64,000 nt of DNA from NCBI RefSeq assembly GCF_009914755.1, contig NC_060930.1; one strand, given 5' to 3'. Shown here in pieces: positions 37,598 to 50,809 of the stretch. The translations under genes and the position numbers were made by a program. The notes beneath the pieces are model-generated. The model ran no database searches. It worked only from the letters and a program-made list of their open reading frames with translations, and was not told the origin of the DNA. The DNA is from the human T2T-CHM13v2.0 reference genome, Homo sapiens. Position 1 is the first letter of the stretch. Each line of letters starts with the position of its first letter.

Positions 37598-38161
37598 TGC
37601 TTCTTAAGTGAGGTAAGTAACTTCCATAGAAAATTTCCATCAGTTCATTCATGAAAGAACAAAGAACCTGGCAAAACTTAAAAAAACGTTTCCAAGAATC
37701 AGATAAAAGAGGACAAACCTTAGGGAGAAGAAGGCAGCTGCTCATTTCCAGCAGGGGAAGTAGCTGCATAGAGTACAAGGACTGGTAGGCCTGTTGGCTG
37801 TTCCTGTTTAAGGAGACAAGATGGGCATGGAACAGGGACCACCCCCTCCTCTGGGAGAAGCTGTTACCCCCTTCACTTTTCCTCCTCTGTCATTACCCAC
37901 AATCACTCTCCTTCTTTGCGCTATGGTAGGTGTTTACCCATCATAGGAATGGGCATTTGAACTTTGAAACTGAATGTGGTGATTACACTTCATGCTGAAG
38001 CTTTTCACATGAGTGCTTTCATAAGCATTAAGTAAAATTTTATAATGACTGCAGTCCAAGGACATTTTCCCTGGTTTTTGGCCAGTCTAAATATTGTAAG
38101 AGAGAGAGAAGAAAAGTGTACGGAATATAATTGTCTCTAAGCTAAGAAATGTGGATGTTCA

Positions 38162-38215
38162 AATAAAACATACGTACAGAACTCTGGCTGCTTTCCTTTG
38201 TGGCTTTGTGTGTGG
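38162..38215 (+). terminator. Distal polyadenylation signal of ENPP1
   Basis: AATAAA at 38162-38167 followed by a GU/U-rich element (ctttcctttgtggctttgtgtgtg) ~25-50 nt downstream. Confidence 0.75.
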
Positions 38216-39133
38216 AGGATGGGTAGGATCATGGGCGATGGTGCTTCTCTGCAGACATGAAACTGAGTCCGAGGGTTGTTGACAGTTAACCACAGCTGTA
38301 ATGCTGAAAGGCAAAAGAATCCAAAGTTCATTTCAGGTTCATAGAGTAAACACTTCTGATCTGTGACCTATATCCTTGTTCTTGGTATTTTAATTATATT
38401 TAGTCATACTTCCAGGTAAAAACAAATGACAGGCATATATATTCTTTAGTATTTAGAATGGTCTGGAACCAGACTTGGAACTTCTATAGATTCTTTTAAT
38501 GTGAAATTTTTGTATTTATCCTCTCCATTATAGTGATTGAACAAAAAAATGTTTACTAGAAATCATATTCATACCAGAAAACAGATATGTGAAATACATT
38601 TTAATCTACTAGAAATGGAAGAATCCTTGGAAGAGGCATTATACTCATGGGATGTCAAAAGGAAGGAATATAAAAGAAGCCTCTTTCATCCTACTCAATG
38701 CTGTTGTTTTAAATTTAACTTTTTACTTGCCTGTAACTTCTCGATTCAAGGGATAGTTTTAGGATTTTAATTAAAATGACATTTTAAATGATATATCAGA
38801 AATTCAGAACTCAGAATGGAATATACTTTGGCTTTCACATAGTAGAGATACAAAATAATTGAAGAAATATATAGGAAATAAATTTTTTACAGTGTCTCAT
38901 ACAGTGTCTCATAATTTTGCCCCACAATGTTTAGATATTTTTCACTGTTAAAAAATGTATGCATTTACTTAGATGGCATTATGCTGGCTGTGACATAAAG
39001 GAAATAAAACAGGGATCTCTGAACCGAAAGTTTATAACTTAACTAAAAATTCTAAAGGATTTTAAATTAGACTGAAATTTTCTCAGTCCAATGAATGGAT
39101 CTTGTTCAAATTTTTATAGTTTAAAAAATCACT

Positions 39134-39523
<390 letters not shown>

Positions 39524-40281
39524 TTATATTCTATATCTTGACACAATGTTACTGTCTGGAGAGTTAACCACTTGTACTAAGGTCCAAACAGAAACAAGAT
39601 GGTAAATCTATGGGTCTTTTGTCTGTGTACTTGTTCATAAGCTATCTCTACAGGTTTACTCAACAGCACACTTTAAGATATTGGCACTGGAATAGATTTT
39701 CCCAGCTCAGGGTTGACAGTAGATTTCAAAGCTGAGCTTACTCTGTGTCAGGCATTAGGGGTAAGTTGGAGAACAGGGCAGGTGGAATGCCTGCCCCCTT
39801 GGTGCTCTCTTGTCAATGTTTTACCTTTATTTCAAGGTCCAGCCCAAAGCCATATCCTTAGGATCCATTGTTTATGTGGTCAGACTTTCCCAACATTGGT
39901 GGTAACAGACAGTACATGCCCTCAGTCTAGTTCTTGTTATGTATTATGGTTGCAATACAACTACAGATGTGTAATGCAGTTGATTATTCCATAACCCATA
40001 CACAGTGTTGGTAGATGGCACCGTGGCCTATTAAGAAATTTTACCCAGGACCCAGACTCCAAATCCAAATACACAACTTGCTAAAAGCAGTCTTTGCAAG
40101 CTTAACACGAAATAAAATAATTTCAAAGTGGTGTGGTTATAGGTATAAGAGGATTGTTAGCTTCCACTTGGGGTTTCCAGGGACCTGGCGGGATCTTATC
40201 CTACAGAGAACACCAACCTCTTAAGGAAACTGGGAAGCCCAGAGAAGCTGCGCCACCTAAACATTTCCCAGCCTGTGATCC

Positions 40282-40729
40282 TGTAAGAAAAGAAAAATAG
40301 CTCAGGGCAGCCTGAGCTGTGTGAGGCATGTAGAATTTATTAGGCCCAGAGAGATGTGAGTGTGAGACTTTATTCTTACCACCCACCTCCCGCCATGCCT
40401 AGGGGCAGTTGTTTAAAGTCATTTCATTCCTTATTAGCTGCCTCACTCATTATCCTCACATGCCTGGAGTTTGTGATGCAAAGAACAATGTATAGCAAGT
40501 TATGTTGTAACAATGTATAGCAAGCTTATGTTACGTTGATGTAACTTCTTGGTAAACAATTTAGGAACTGCCTCTTTTTTCCTTTAAAAACTCACTTGTA
40601 ACTGCTGCTAATTGGAGCACACATTCAGGGCAAACTTGAATCCATCCCTCTGGGTTACAATTCTCAAAACTGGCCCAAATAAACTCTGCTTATATTAAGT
40701 TTCCTTCAGTTTTTTCTTTTAGGTTAACA
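40282..40729 (+). mobile_element. Solo ERV LTR (possibly LTR47-like)
   Basis: TGT...ACA ends, TATA-like tttaaaa, AATAAA at ~40678; family from memory. Confidence 0.6.
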
Positions 40730-40824
40730 TCAGTTACATTTGCTTAGACTGTATACTTTGAGCATATTCCTGAAAACTGTAACCCTGATGAGATTTATGT
40801 GTCCCAAGTGTGCTGTTTCACAAG

Positions 40825-41323
40825 TGTAATCACCTGATGGGTTCTTCCTGCCCACTGACTAGACAAAACCAATTCACTGAGATTGTGACATTGTAGTAAA
40901 GAAAGCATTTAGTTAATGTTAATCTAGCTACATGGCTCAGAGGTTAGGGTTTTTCAAGGATAGCTTAGTAGGCATGGGACTGGGGAATGGGTACTGCTGA
41001 TTGGTTGGGGAGGCAATTATAGGGGTGTGAAAACAGTCCTCATGCATTGAGTCCACCTCTGAGTGGGAGACCACAGGATTGGTTAAGTCATGAGTCATGG
41101 GTCCAGGTGAAGTCAATTGCCAGAATGCAAAAATCAGAAAAATGTATCAAAATATCAATCTTAGGTTCTACAATAGTGACATTATCTATAGAGACAATTG
41201 AGGAAGTCACAAATTTGCTTCACTGGATTGAGTGAAGACAGCCAGCCTGTGAGGCTAGAAGCAAGACAGAGTCAGCCACGTTAGATTTCTCTCACTGTCA
41301 TAATCTTTGCAAAGGCAGTTTCA
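40825..41323 (-). mobile_element. Solo MER4-group LTR (ERV1)
   Basis: Minus strand begins TGAAACTGCCTTTGCAAAGATTATGACAGTGAGAG; flanks caag/cagg. Confidence 0.75.
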
Positions 41324-41394
41324 CAGGGTGAGAGCTCAATACTGTGGGATTGTTTTTTTCAGTGACTGTAACTCTCATTCGGCATTTTAGCATC

Positions 41395-41776
41395 TGTATT
41401 AGTCCATTCTCACACTGCTATAAAGATATACCTGAGACTGGGTAATTTATAAAGAAAAGAGGTTGTTTAATTGGCCCACAGTTCTGCAGGCTGCACAGGC
41501 TTCTGCTTCTTGAGAGACCTCAGAAAACTTACAATCATGGCAGAAGGTGAAGGGGAAGGAAGCACGTATTCACATGGCCAGCAGGAGAGAGCAAGAGCAT
41601 AAGGGGATGGGCTACATACTTTCAAACCAGATCTCATAAGAACTCACTTATTATCATGAGAACAAGGGGAAGTCTACCCCCATGATCCAGTCACCTCCCC
41701 TCCGGCCCCTCCTCTAACAGTGAGAATTGCAATTTGACATGAGAGTTGGGTAGGGACACAGACCCACACCAAGTTG
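41395..41776 (-). mobile_element. MST/THE1-type MaLR LTR
   Basis: tgtattagtccattctcacactgctataaag start. Confidence 0.85.
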
Positions 41777-41825
41777 GCATATATTTCTTACAAAGATAGT
41801 TTCCTTTTCATATGTTTATCGTCAT

Positions 41826-42237
41826 TGTGTTTGTCTGTTTGCATTGCCATACAGGAATACCCACAACTTGGTAATCTAAAAAGAAAAGAGGTTTATTTGC
41901 TTCACAGTTCTGCAGGCTATGTAAGCATGGCACCAGCATCTGCTTGGCTTCTTGTGAGGCCCCAGAAAGCTTCCAATCATGGCAGAAGGCAAAGGGTGAG
42001 CCAGCATGTCACATGGAAAGAGAAGGAGCAAGAGAGAGAGGGAGGAGGTGTCAGGCTCTTTTAAACACTAGGTCTTGTGTGAACTCTTAAGGTGAGAATT
42101 CATTAGCACAAGGACAGAGCCATTCATGAGGGATCCACCCCCATGACCAAAACACCTCCCACCAGGCCCAACTCTGGCATCGAATATCACATTTCAACAT
42201 GAGATTTGGAGGGGAAAAAACCATCCAAACCATATCA
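41826..42237 (-). mobile_element. MSTB-like MaLR LTR
   Basis: Ends ccaaaccatatca; 5-bp TSD GTCAT. Confidence 0.85.
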
Positions 42238-44579
42238 GTCATGTCTCCAAAACCATCTGTTATTTCTAGCATAATGTCTGGCACATCGGAGTTGCTCAGT
42301 AAAAAATGTCCAGATGAATGAAAACCAAAGGTACAGTCATACCAAACATCCACTTAAGACAGCTAAGGAATAACAAGTTACAGAAATACAGCCAGAGGAC
42401 AATTTCACAGTAATTATTCTTTGCCTCCGTAGTTTTCAAGTGCTAGAAGATACTTTCAATGGGAAATTTTTTGAAAGAGTTTATTTATAGATCTCTTCCC
42501 AGTGCACAAAGCAGAATTTTTAAAAATAATAATAAAAGAATAAGAATACTTTTCAAGAGCCATTCACAATTGTTTCAGTTAATCTGTCCTGTGGAAAGTC
42601 TGCTGCCTGGTGAACTGAAGGGAAAGCGTGAACTTTTCAGTTTTGACATCTCAAATGAAAACCTCTCTACAAAGCACATAGTGTTTCTCCAGTGACAAGC
42701 TATCATAAACATTCACTGGCAAAGGTGGAGACACAGGGTAGTGCCTCTTGGTTCTCACATCCCTCAACTCCAGGTAACACCTTCTGCTATGAGGAAAAGC
42801 ACATCAGTGCTACTGGTGTTACTACCCCAGTAGCAAACACACTGGGGCATCTGGAACAAATAGATTTTGGGCAACTTTCACACACTTTACCAAAGAGGAG
42901 AGACATTTTCTCACCCTCCCTCCTATCTTTGAAATTCAGGGCAATGGAGTTTAGCATTGGCTAAGTTAGTAGTGAAGTGAATTAGAGGTAAACAAAATTA
43001 TCCCATCCATCAGGTGTCTGATGGATAGTTGACAGTGAAACTGAAATATGGAACATAAATTTTCATAGACCCAATGAATCAGCAATATTGTGATAACCAA
43101 GACATCTCTGAAATAGATCAAATACAAATATAAAAATAATCATAGCTATCATTTACTGGGTTTTGTTCCAGACATTGTGCTAAATGATTTACATTATCCA
43201 AGCAAGAATTTGAACCCAGGACTTGGCAAAGTTCATATATTTAAACAATACTGTATATTGTCTCCTCTGAAAGCACATTGAAAATGTTCCTGTTCTTTCA
43301 TTAAGTTCTATTCCATCAGTAGTTGCATTCTAAACCAGTTATTCTGGCTTGAATTCTGCTGCACTGCACAAGACATTTGTTTTGTATCATCTTCCTTTCC
43401 ACTTTCAAGCATTTGAGTTCACACCTGTTGACATTCTTTCTAGTCCCTCATAGAGGAAGTGTAACTCTTTTTCTTTCAGACCTGATGCCTCACTTCCTAC
43501 AAGGCTTTGTTTCTCAAATCACACACACACACAGCCCCCCCCCACAAACACACCTGTAATTCCCACCTCTGTACTGCTTCCATCTCTCTTCTTGAATATG
43601 CTCTTGTCCTTCCATTTTTCTATTGTCTTTACCCCATTCCTTTTGTTGCCTCTGGCTCTCTTAGGCTTCTCTTTACTGTGGGACAGGACTAATAGTACTT
43701 GGTTTATATTTTCTGTCTTTATTTCCTTACTAAGCTGTCCCTTTTTTATATGTCAGTTTCTTACTGCCTCCTAACACCTCCCCACCTCCCATAACCTCCC
43801 TTTTAAAAACAATAGAGATTTTCTAATGGCAGATTTTATTTTTATTTTGAAAATTAAAAAAAAATACTGTGAAGTATAAGGAAGAAATTAACAAGCATCC
43901 ATGCAACCCATGACAGTTAACGTTCTGCCTTCTTTGTTAGCTTCTTGATTATTGCATTAATCTCTTTTAAAAATATTTTTCATCACTGTGATTATCTCAA
44001 ACATTCCTATATGTCCCCTTGCTTTCATTTTTTATCAATGCTTATTATATTACCTGCTATTTCTAGTTTATTATTTCTATATTTTTATTTTTTGGGACCT
44101 GCTATTCCCTGTTTTAAAATCTCTTTCTATTGTTTTATTGTTTCTTCTTTGAGCTTCTTTTTATTTATTGGATTTGTATTCCTTCCTATCAACCTGTTAT
44201 ATAACATGAAACATTTTTTCAGTGTTTATTCTCAATTTTATCACCTGTATTTTCTTCTAAGTGGAGCAGGTGGAATGAGCCTTTCCTTTCTACCTTCCTC
44301 TCTCCCTCTATTTCTTTCTTCCCTCCTTCCTTCTTTTATTCCATCCTTCCTTGTTTCCTCTCTTCCTTTCTTTGTTTTCTTGTTTTAAACCTATAGCATA
44401 TTTACTGAGTTTAATGCCATTTCTTTTTATGTTATTCAAGATCGACATTCTATTTTACTCTGAGATGGATAGGTGACCATCTTCCAAATTGTGTCTGAGT
44501 TATTTGTTTCTTCCTTTACAGTGTCAGGGAGGAACATTTTGTAGCTTATCAACTTTTCTGAAGCCAAAAGGAAGGTTAG

Positions 44580-45035
44580 TGTCAGGCCTCTGAGCCCAAG
44601 CCAAGCCATTGCATCCGCTGTGACTTGCACGTATACACCCAGATGGCCTGAAGTAACTGAAGAATCACAAAAGAAGTGAATATGCCCTGCCCCACCTTAA
44701 GTGATGACATTCCACCACAAAAGAAGTGTAAATGGCCGGTCCTTGCCTGAAGTGATGACATTACCTTGTGAAAGTCCTTTTCCTGGCTCATCCTGGCTCA
44801 AAAAGCTCCCCCACTGAGCAACTTGTGACCCCCCACTCCTGCCCGCCAGAGAACAAACCCCCTTTGACTGTAATTTTCCTTTACTTACCCAAATCCTATA
44901 AAACGGCCCCACCCTTATCTCCCTTCGCTGACTCTCTTTTCGGACTCAGCCCACCTGCACCCAGGTGAAATAAACAGCTTTACTGCTCTCACACAAAGCC
45001 TGTTTGGTGGTCTCTTCACACGGACGCGCATGAAA
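44580..45035 (+). promoter_or_regulatory. 5' LTR7 promoter
   Basis: TGTCAGGCCTCTGAGCCCAAG start; ACAAAAGAAG at 44667 and 44717; TATAAAA 44897-44903; AATAAA 44969-74. Confidence 0.93.
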
Positions 45036-45037
45036 TT

Positions 45038-45055
45038 TGGTGCCATGACTCGGAT
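45038..45055 (+). other. tRNA-His primer binding site
   Basis: TGGTGCCATGACTCGGAT, one mismatch from TGGTGCCGTGACTCGGAT. Confidence 0.92.
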
Positions 45056-45965
45056 CGGGGGACCTCCCTTGGGAGATCAATCCCCTGTCTTCCTGTTCTT
45101 TGCTCCGTGAGAAAGATCCACCTACAACCTCAGGTCCTCAGACCGACCAGCCCAAGGAACATCTCACCAATTTTAAATCAGGTAAGTGGCCTCTTCTTAC
45201 TCTCTTCTCCAACCTCTCTCACTGTCCCTCAACCACTTTCTCCTTTCTACTCTTCAATCTCTCCCTTCTCTTAATTTCAATTCCTTTCATTTTCTGGGAG
45301 AGACAAAGGAGACACGTTTTATCCGTGGACCCAAAACTCAGGCGCCGGTCACGGACTGGGAAGGCAGCCTTCCCTTGGTGTTTAATCATTGCAGGGGCGC
45401 CTCTCTGATTATTCACCCACGTTTCAAAGGTGTCAGACCACGCAGGGACGCCTGCCTTGGTCCTTCACCCGTAGCGGCAAGTCCCGCTTTTCTGGGGAAG
45501 GGGCAAGTACCCCAACCCCTTCTCTCCTTGTCCCTACCCCTTCTCTGCTTTTCTGGGGGACAGGGCAAGTACCCCAACCCCTTCTCTCCTTGTCTCTACC
45601 CCTTCTCTGTTTTTCTGGGGGAGGGGCAAGTACCCCTCAACCCCTTCTCCTTCACCCTTAGTGGCAAGTCCCGCTTTTCTAGAGGAGGGGCAAGTACCCC
45701 AGCCTCGTATCTCTGTGCCCCAATCCCTTATTTCTGTGCCCCAACCTCTTATATCTCTGCACCCCAATCCCTTATTTCCACGCCCCGACCTCTTATCTCT
45801 GCACCCCAATCCCTTATTTCCGTGCCCCGACCCCTTCTGTACCTCATCCCTTATTTCCATGCTCCAACCTCTTATCTCTGTGCCCCAACCCCTTTTCCCA
45901 CTTTTCTGGAAGGTAAGATCCCCCGAACCCCTTCCCTCCTTTTCTCTAGGCTTGCTTCTTTCACT

Positions 45966-48900
45966 ATGGGCAAACTTCCACTCTCTATTCCTCCTTCTAC
46001 TCCCTTGGCCTGTGTTCTCAAAAACTTAAAACCTCTTCAACTCACACCTGACCTAAAACCTAAATGCCTTATTTTCTTCTGCAATGCCACTTGACCCCAA
46101 TACAAACTCGACAGTAGTTCCAAATAGCCAGAAAATGGCACTTTGAATTTTTCCTTGCTGCAAGATCTAAATAATTCTTGTCGTAAAATAGGCAAACGGT
46201 CTGAGGTGCCTGATGTCCAGGCATTCTTTTACACATCACTCCTTTCCTAGTCTCTGTGCCCAGTGCAACTCGTCCCAAATCTTCCTTCTTTCCCTCCCGC
46301 ATGTCCCCTCAGTACCAACCCCAAGCGTCACTGAGTCTTTCTAATCTTCCTTTTCTACAGACCCATCTGACCTCTCCCTTCCTCCCCAGACTGCTCCTCA
46401 TCATGCCGAGCTAGGTCCCAATTCTTCCTCAGCCTCCGCTCCTCCACCCTATAATCTTTTTATCACCTCCCCTCCTCACACCTGGTCCGGCTTATAGTTT
46501 CGTTCCGTGATTAGCCCTCCCCCTCCTGCCCAGCAATTTACTCTTAAAAAGGTGGCTAGAGCTAAAGGCATAGTCAAGGTTAATGCTCCTTTTTCTTTAT
46601 CCCAAATCAGATAGCGTTTAGGCTCTTTTTCATCAAATATAAAAATCCAGCCCAGTTCATGGCTTGTTTGGCAGCAACCCTGAGACACTTTACAGCCCTA
46701 GACCCTAAAAGGTCAAAAGGCCGTCTTATTCTCAAAATACATTTTATTACCCGACATTAATAAAACATTAAATAAAACTCCAAAAATTAAATTCCGGCCC
46801 TCAAACCTCACAACAGGATTTAATTAACCTCGCCTTCAAGGTGTACGATAATAGAAAAAAGTTGCAATTCCTTGCCTCCACGGTGAGACAAACCCCAGCC
46901 ACATCTCCAGCACACAAGAACTTCCAAATGCCTGAACCGCAGAGGCCAGGCATTCCTCCAGAACCTCCTCCCACAGGAGCTTACTACACGTGCCGGCAAT
47001 CTGGCCACTGGGCCAAGGAATGCCCGCAGCCCGGGATTCCTCCTAAGCCGCGTCCCATCTGTGTGGGACCCCACTGGAAATCGGACTGTTCAACTCACCT
47101 GGCAGCCACTCCCAGAGCCCCTGGAACTCTGGCCCAAGGCTCTCTGACTGACTCCTTCCCAGATCTTCTTGGCTTAGCGGCTGAAGACTGACACTGCCCG
47201 ATTGCCTTGGAAGCCCCCTAAACCATCACGGATGCCGAGCTTCGGGTAACTCTCACAGTGGAAGGTAAGCCTGTCCCCTTAATCAATATGGAGGCTACCC
47301 ACTCCACATTACCTTCTTTTCAAGGGCCTGTTTCCCTTGCCTCCATAACTGTTGTGGGTATTGACAGCCAGGCTTCTAAACCTCTTAAAACTCCCCAACT
47401 CTGGTGCCAACTTAGACAATACTCTTTTAAGCACTCCTTTTTAGTTATCCCCACCTGCCCAGTTCCCTTATTAGGCTGAGACACTTTAATTAAATTATCT
47501 GCTTCCCTGACTATTCCTGGACTACAGCTATATCTCATTGCCGCTCTTCTTCTCATTCCAAAGCCTCCTTTGCGTCCTCCTCTTGTATCCCCCCACCTTA
47601 ACCCACAAGTATAAGATACCTCTACTCCCTCCTTGGCGACCAATCATGCACCCCTTACCATCTCATTAAAACCTAATCACCCTTACCCCACTCAACGCCA
47701 ATATCCCATCCCGAAGCACGCTTTAAAAAGATTAAAGCCTGTTATCACTCGCCTGCTACAGCATGGCCTTTTAAAGCCTATAAACTCTCCTTACAATTCC
47801 CCCATTTTACCTGTCCTAAAACCAGACAAGCCTTACAAGTTAGTTCAGGATCTGCGCCTTATCAACCAAATTGTTTTGCCTATCCACCCTATGGTGCCAA
47901 ACCCATATACTCTCCTATTCTCAATACCTGCCTCTACAACCCATTATTCCGTTCTAGATCTCAAACATGCTTTCTTTACTATTCCTTTGCATCCTTAATC
48001 CCAGCCTCTCTTCGCTTTCACTTGGACTGACCCTGACACCCATCAAGCCCAGCAAATTACCTAGGCTGTACTGCCACAAAGCTTCACAGACAGCCCCCAT
48101 TACTTCAATCAAGCCCAAATTTCTTCCTCATCTGTTACCTATCTCGGCATAATTCTCATAAAAACACATGTGCTCTCCCTGCCAATCGTGTCCGACTGAT
48201 CTCTCAAACCCCAGCACCTTCTATAAAACAACAACTCCTTTCCTTCCTAGGCATGGTTAGTGCAGTCAGAATTCTTACACAAGAGCCAGGACCGCACCCT
48301 GTAGCCTTTCTGTCCAAACAACTTGACCTTACTGTTTTAGCCTAGCCCTCATGTCTGCGTTCAGCGGCTGCTGCTGCTTTAATAATTTTAGAGGCCCTCA
48401 AAATCATAAACTATGCTCAACTCACTCTCTACAGTTCTCATAACTTCCAAAATCTATTTTCTTCCTCATACCTGACGCATATACTTTCTGCTCCCCGGCT
48501 CCTTCAGCTGTACTCACTCTTTGTTAAGTCCCACAATTATCATTGTTCCTGGCCCAGACTTCAATCCGGCCTCCCACATTATTCCTGATACCACACCTGA
48601 CCCCCATGACTGTATCTCTCTGATCCACCTGACATTCACATTTCCCCAAATTTCCTTCTTTCCTGTTCCTCACCCTGATCACGCTTGATTTATTGATGGC
48701 GGTTCCACCAGGCCTAATCGCCACACACCAGCAAAAGCAGGTTATGCTATAGTACAAGCCACTAGCCCGCCTCTTAGAACCTCTCATTTCCTTTCCATCG
48801 AGGAAATCTATCCTCAAGGAAATAACTTCTCAGTGTTCCATCTGCTATTCTACTACTCCTCAGGGATTATTCAGGCCCCCTCCCTTCCCTACACATCAAG

Positions 48901-49400
48901 CTCGAGGATTTGCTCCCACCCAGGACTGGCAAATTAGCTTTACTCAACATGCCCCGAGTCAGATAACTAAAATACCTCTTAGTCTAGGTAGACACTTTCA
49001 CTGGATAGGTACAGGCCTTTCTTGTAGGGTCTGAGAAGGCCACCGCAGTCATTTCTTCCCTTCTGTCAGACATAATTCCTCAGTTTAGCCTTCCCACCTC
49101 AATACAGTCTGATAACAGACCAGCCTTTATTAGTCAAATCAGCCAAGCAGCTTTTCAGGCTCTTAGTATTCAGTGAAACCTTTATATCCCTTACGGTCCT
49201 CCGTCTTCAAGAAAAGTAGAATGGACTAAACGGTCTGTTAAAAACACACCTCACCAAGCTCAGCCACCAACTTAAAAAGGACTGGACAATACTTTTACCA
49301 CTTTCCCTTCTCAGAATTCAGGCCTGTCCTCAGAATGCTACAGGGTACAGCCCATTTGAGCTCCTGTATAGATGCTCCTTTTTATTAGGCCCAGTCTCAT
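45966..49400 (+). pseudogene. HERV-H gag-pro-pol remnants
   Basis: MGKLPLSIPP matrix start; broken zinc knuckles YYTCRQSGHWAKEC and RPICVGPHWKSDC; protease INMEA in place of IDTGA; RT LVQDLRLIN and VLDLKHAFF; integrase LV*VDTFTG*V; many stops. Confidence 0.93.
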
Positions 49401-49998
49401 TCCAGACACCAGACCAACTTAGACTGTGCCCCAAAAAAACTTGTCATCCCTGCTATCTTCTGTCTAGTCATACTCCTATTCACTGTTCTCAACTACTCAT
49501 ACATGCCCTGCTCTTGTTTACACTATTCTTCCAAGCCATCACAGCTGATATCTCCTGGTGCTATCCCCAAACTGCCACTCTTAACTCTTGAAGTAAATAA
49601 ATAATCTTTGCTGGCAGGACTATGCTGAATCTCCTTAGGCACTCTCTAATCAGATATCCTGAGTCATCCCAATTCTTAGACCTTTTATACCTGTTTTTCT
49701 CCTTCTGTTATTCCATTTAGTTTTTCAATTCATCCAAAACCGTATCTAGGCCATCACCAATCATTCTACACGACAAATGTTTCTTCTAACAACCCCACAA
49801 TAACACCCCTTACCACAAGACCTCCCTTCAGCTTAATCTCTCCCACTCTAGGTTCCCACGCCGCCCCTAATCCCGCTTGAAGCAGCCCTCAGAAACATCG
49901 CCCATTCTCTCTCCATACCACCCCCCAAAAATTTTCACCGCCCCAACACTTCAACACTATTTTGTTTTGTTTTTCTTATTAATATAAGAAGGCAGGAA

Positions 49999-50449
49999 TG
50001 TCAGGCCTCTGAGCCCAAGCCAAGCCATCGCATCCCCTGTGATTTGCACATATACACCCAGATGGCCTGAAGTAACTGAAGAATCACAAAAGAAGTGAAT
50101 ATGCCCTGCCCCACCTTAACTGATGACATTCCACCACAAAAGAAGTGTAAATGGCCGGTCCTTGCCTGAAGTGATGACATTACCTTGTGAAAGTCCTTTT
50201 CCTGGCTCATCCTGGCTCAAAAAGCACCCCCACTGAGCACCTTGCGACCCCCACTCCTGCCCGCCAGAGAACAACCCCCCTTTGACTGTAATTTTCCTTT
50301 ACCTACCCAAATCCTATAAAACGGCCCCACCCTTATCTCCCTTCGCTGACTCTCTTTTCGGACTCAGCCTGCCTGCACCCAGGTGATTAAAAGCTTTATT
50401 GCTCACACAAAGCCTGTTTGGTGGTCTCTTCACAGGGACGTGCATGAAA
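49999..50449 (+). mobile_element. 3' LTR7
   Basis: Direct repeat of 5' LTR; ATTAAA 50386-91. Confidence 0.95.
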
Positions 50450-50809
50450 GTTAGGGGTAGAAGAAAAGATGGATTGAGGTTGTCCTCAGACTTTCCATGG
50501 TATCTGAGCTGTTTTCCTCTTCCGGAATTGTGTCTCATATGAAGTTCCTCTTCATTTGAGGTATAAATAATTCCTGTGTTGAGTGCTCTTATACTTTGGC
50601 CCATTTATTTATCACCTACCGAGGAGATAACACATCTCTGTCAACTCTGTTTTCTATTACTTTTTTCCTGTGCTCAAGTAATCCTCCTGCTTCAGCCTCC
50701 CAAGTAGCTGGGACTACAGGTGCATGCCACTGTACCTGTCCTTGTTTTCCCTTTCCTTGTTTCACCAGTTTTCCCATCATGTTACCATTTTCTGTAGCGA
50801 TTGTTTTAT

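Larger units (their letters stand above)
44580..50449 (+). mobile_element. HERV-H provirus, common deleted type (5870 bp)
   Basis: Two LTR7, 5-bp TSD GTTAG (44575-79, 50450-54), PBS-His, PPT aagaaggcaggaa 49986-98, decayed gag/pro/pol, env largely deleted. Confidence 0.97.

Noticed and set aside
40005-40262. Further CTCF-like half matches (gtagatggcacc, gcgccaccta)
   Set aside because: They lack the 5' CCA of the core; too weak without ChIP data.
43945-44388. 147-aa hydrophobic ORF resembling a membrane protein
   Set aside because: T-rich low-complexity DNA yields F/L/S-rich frames; TTG start, no motifs.
46841-47998. Functional HERV-H Gag/Pro/Pol proteins
   Set aside because: Zinc-knuckle cysteines and protease Asp are lost, no YxDD motif seen, many stops.
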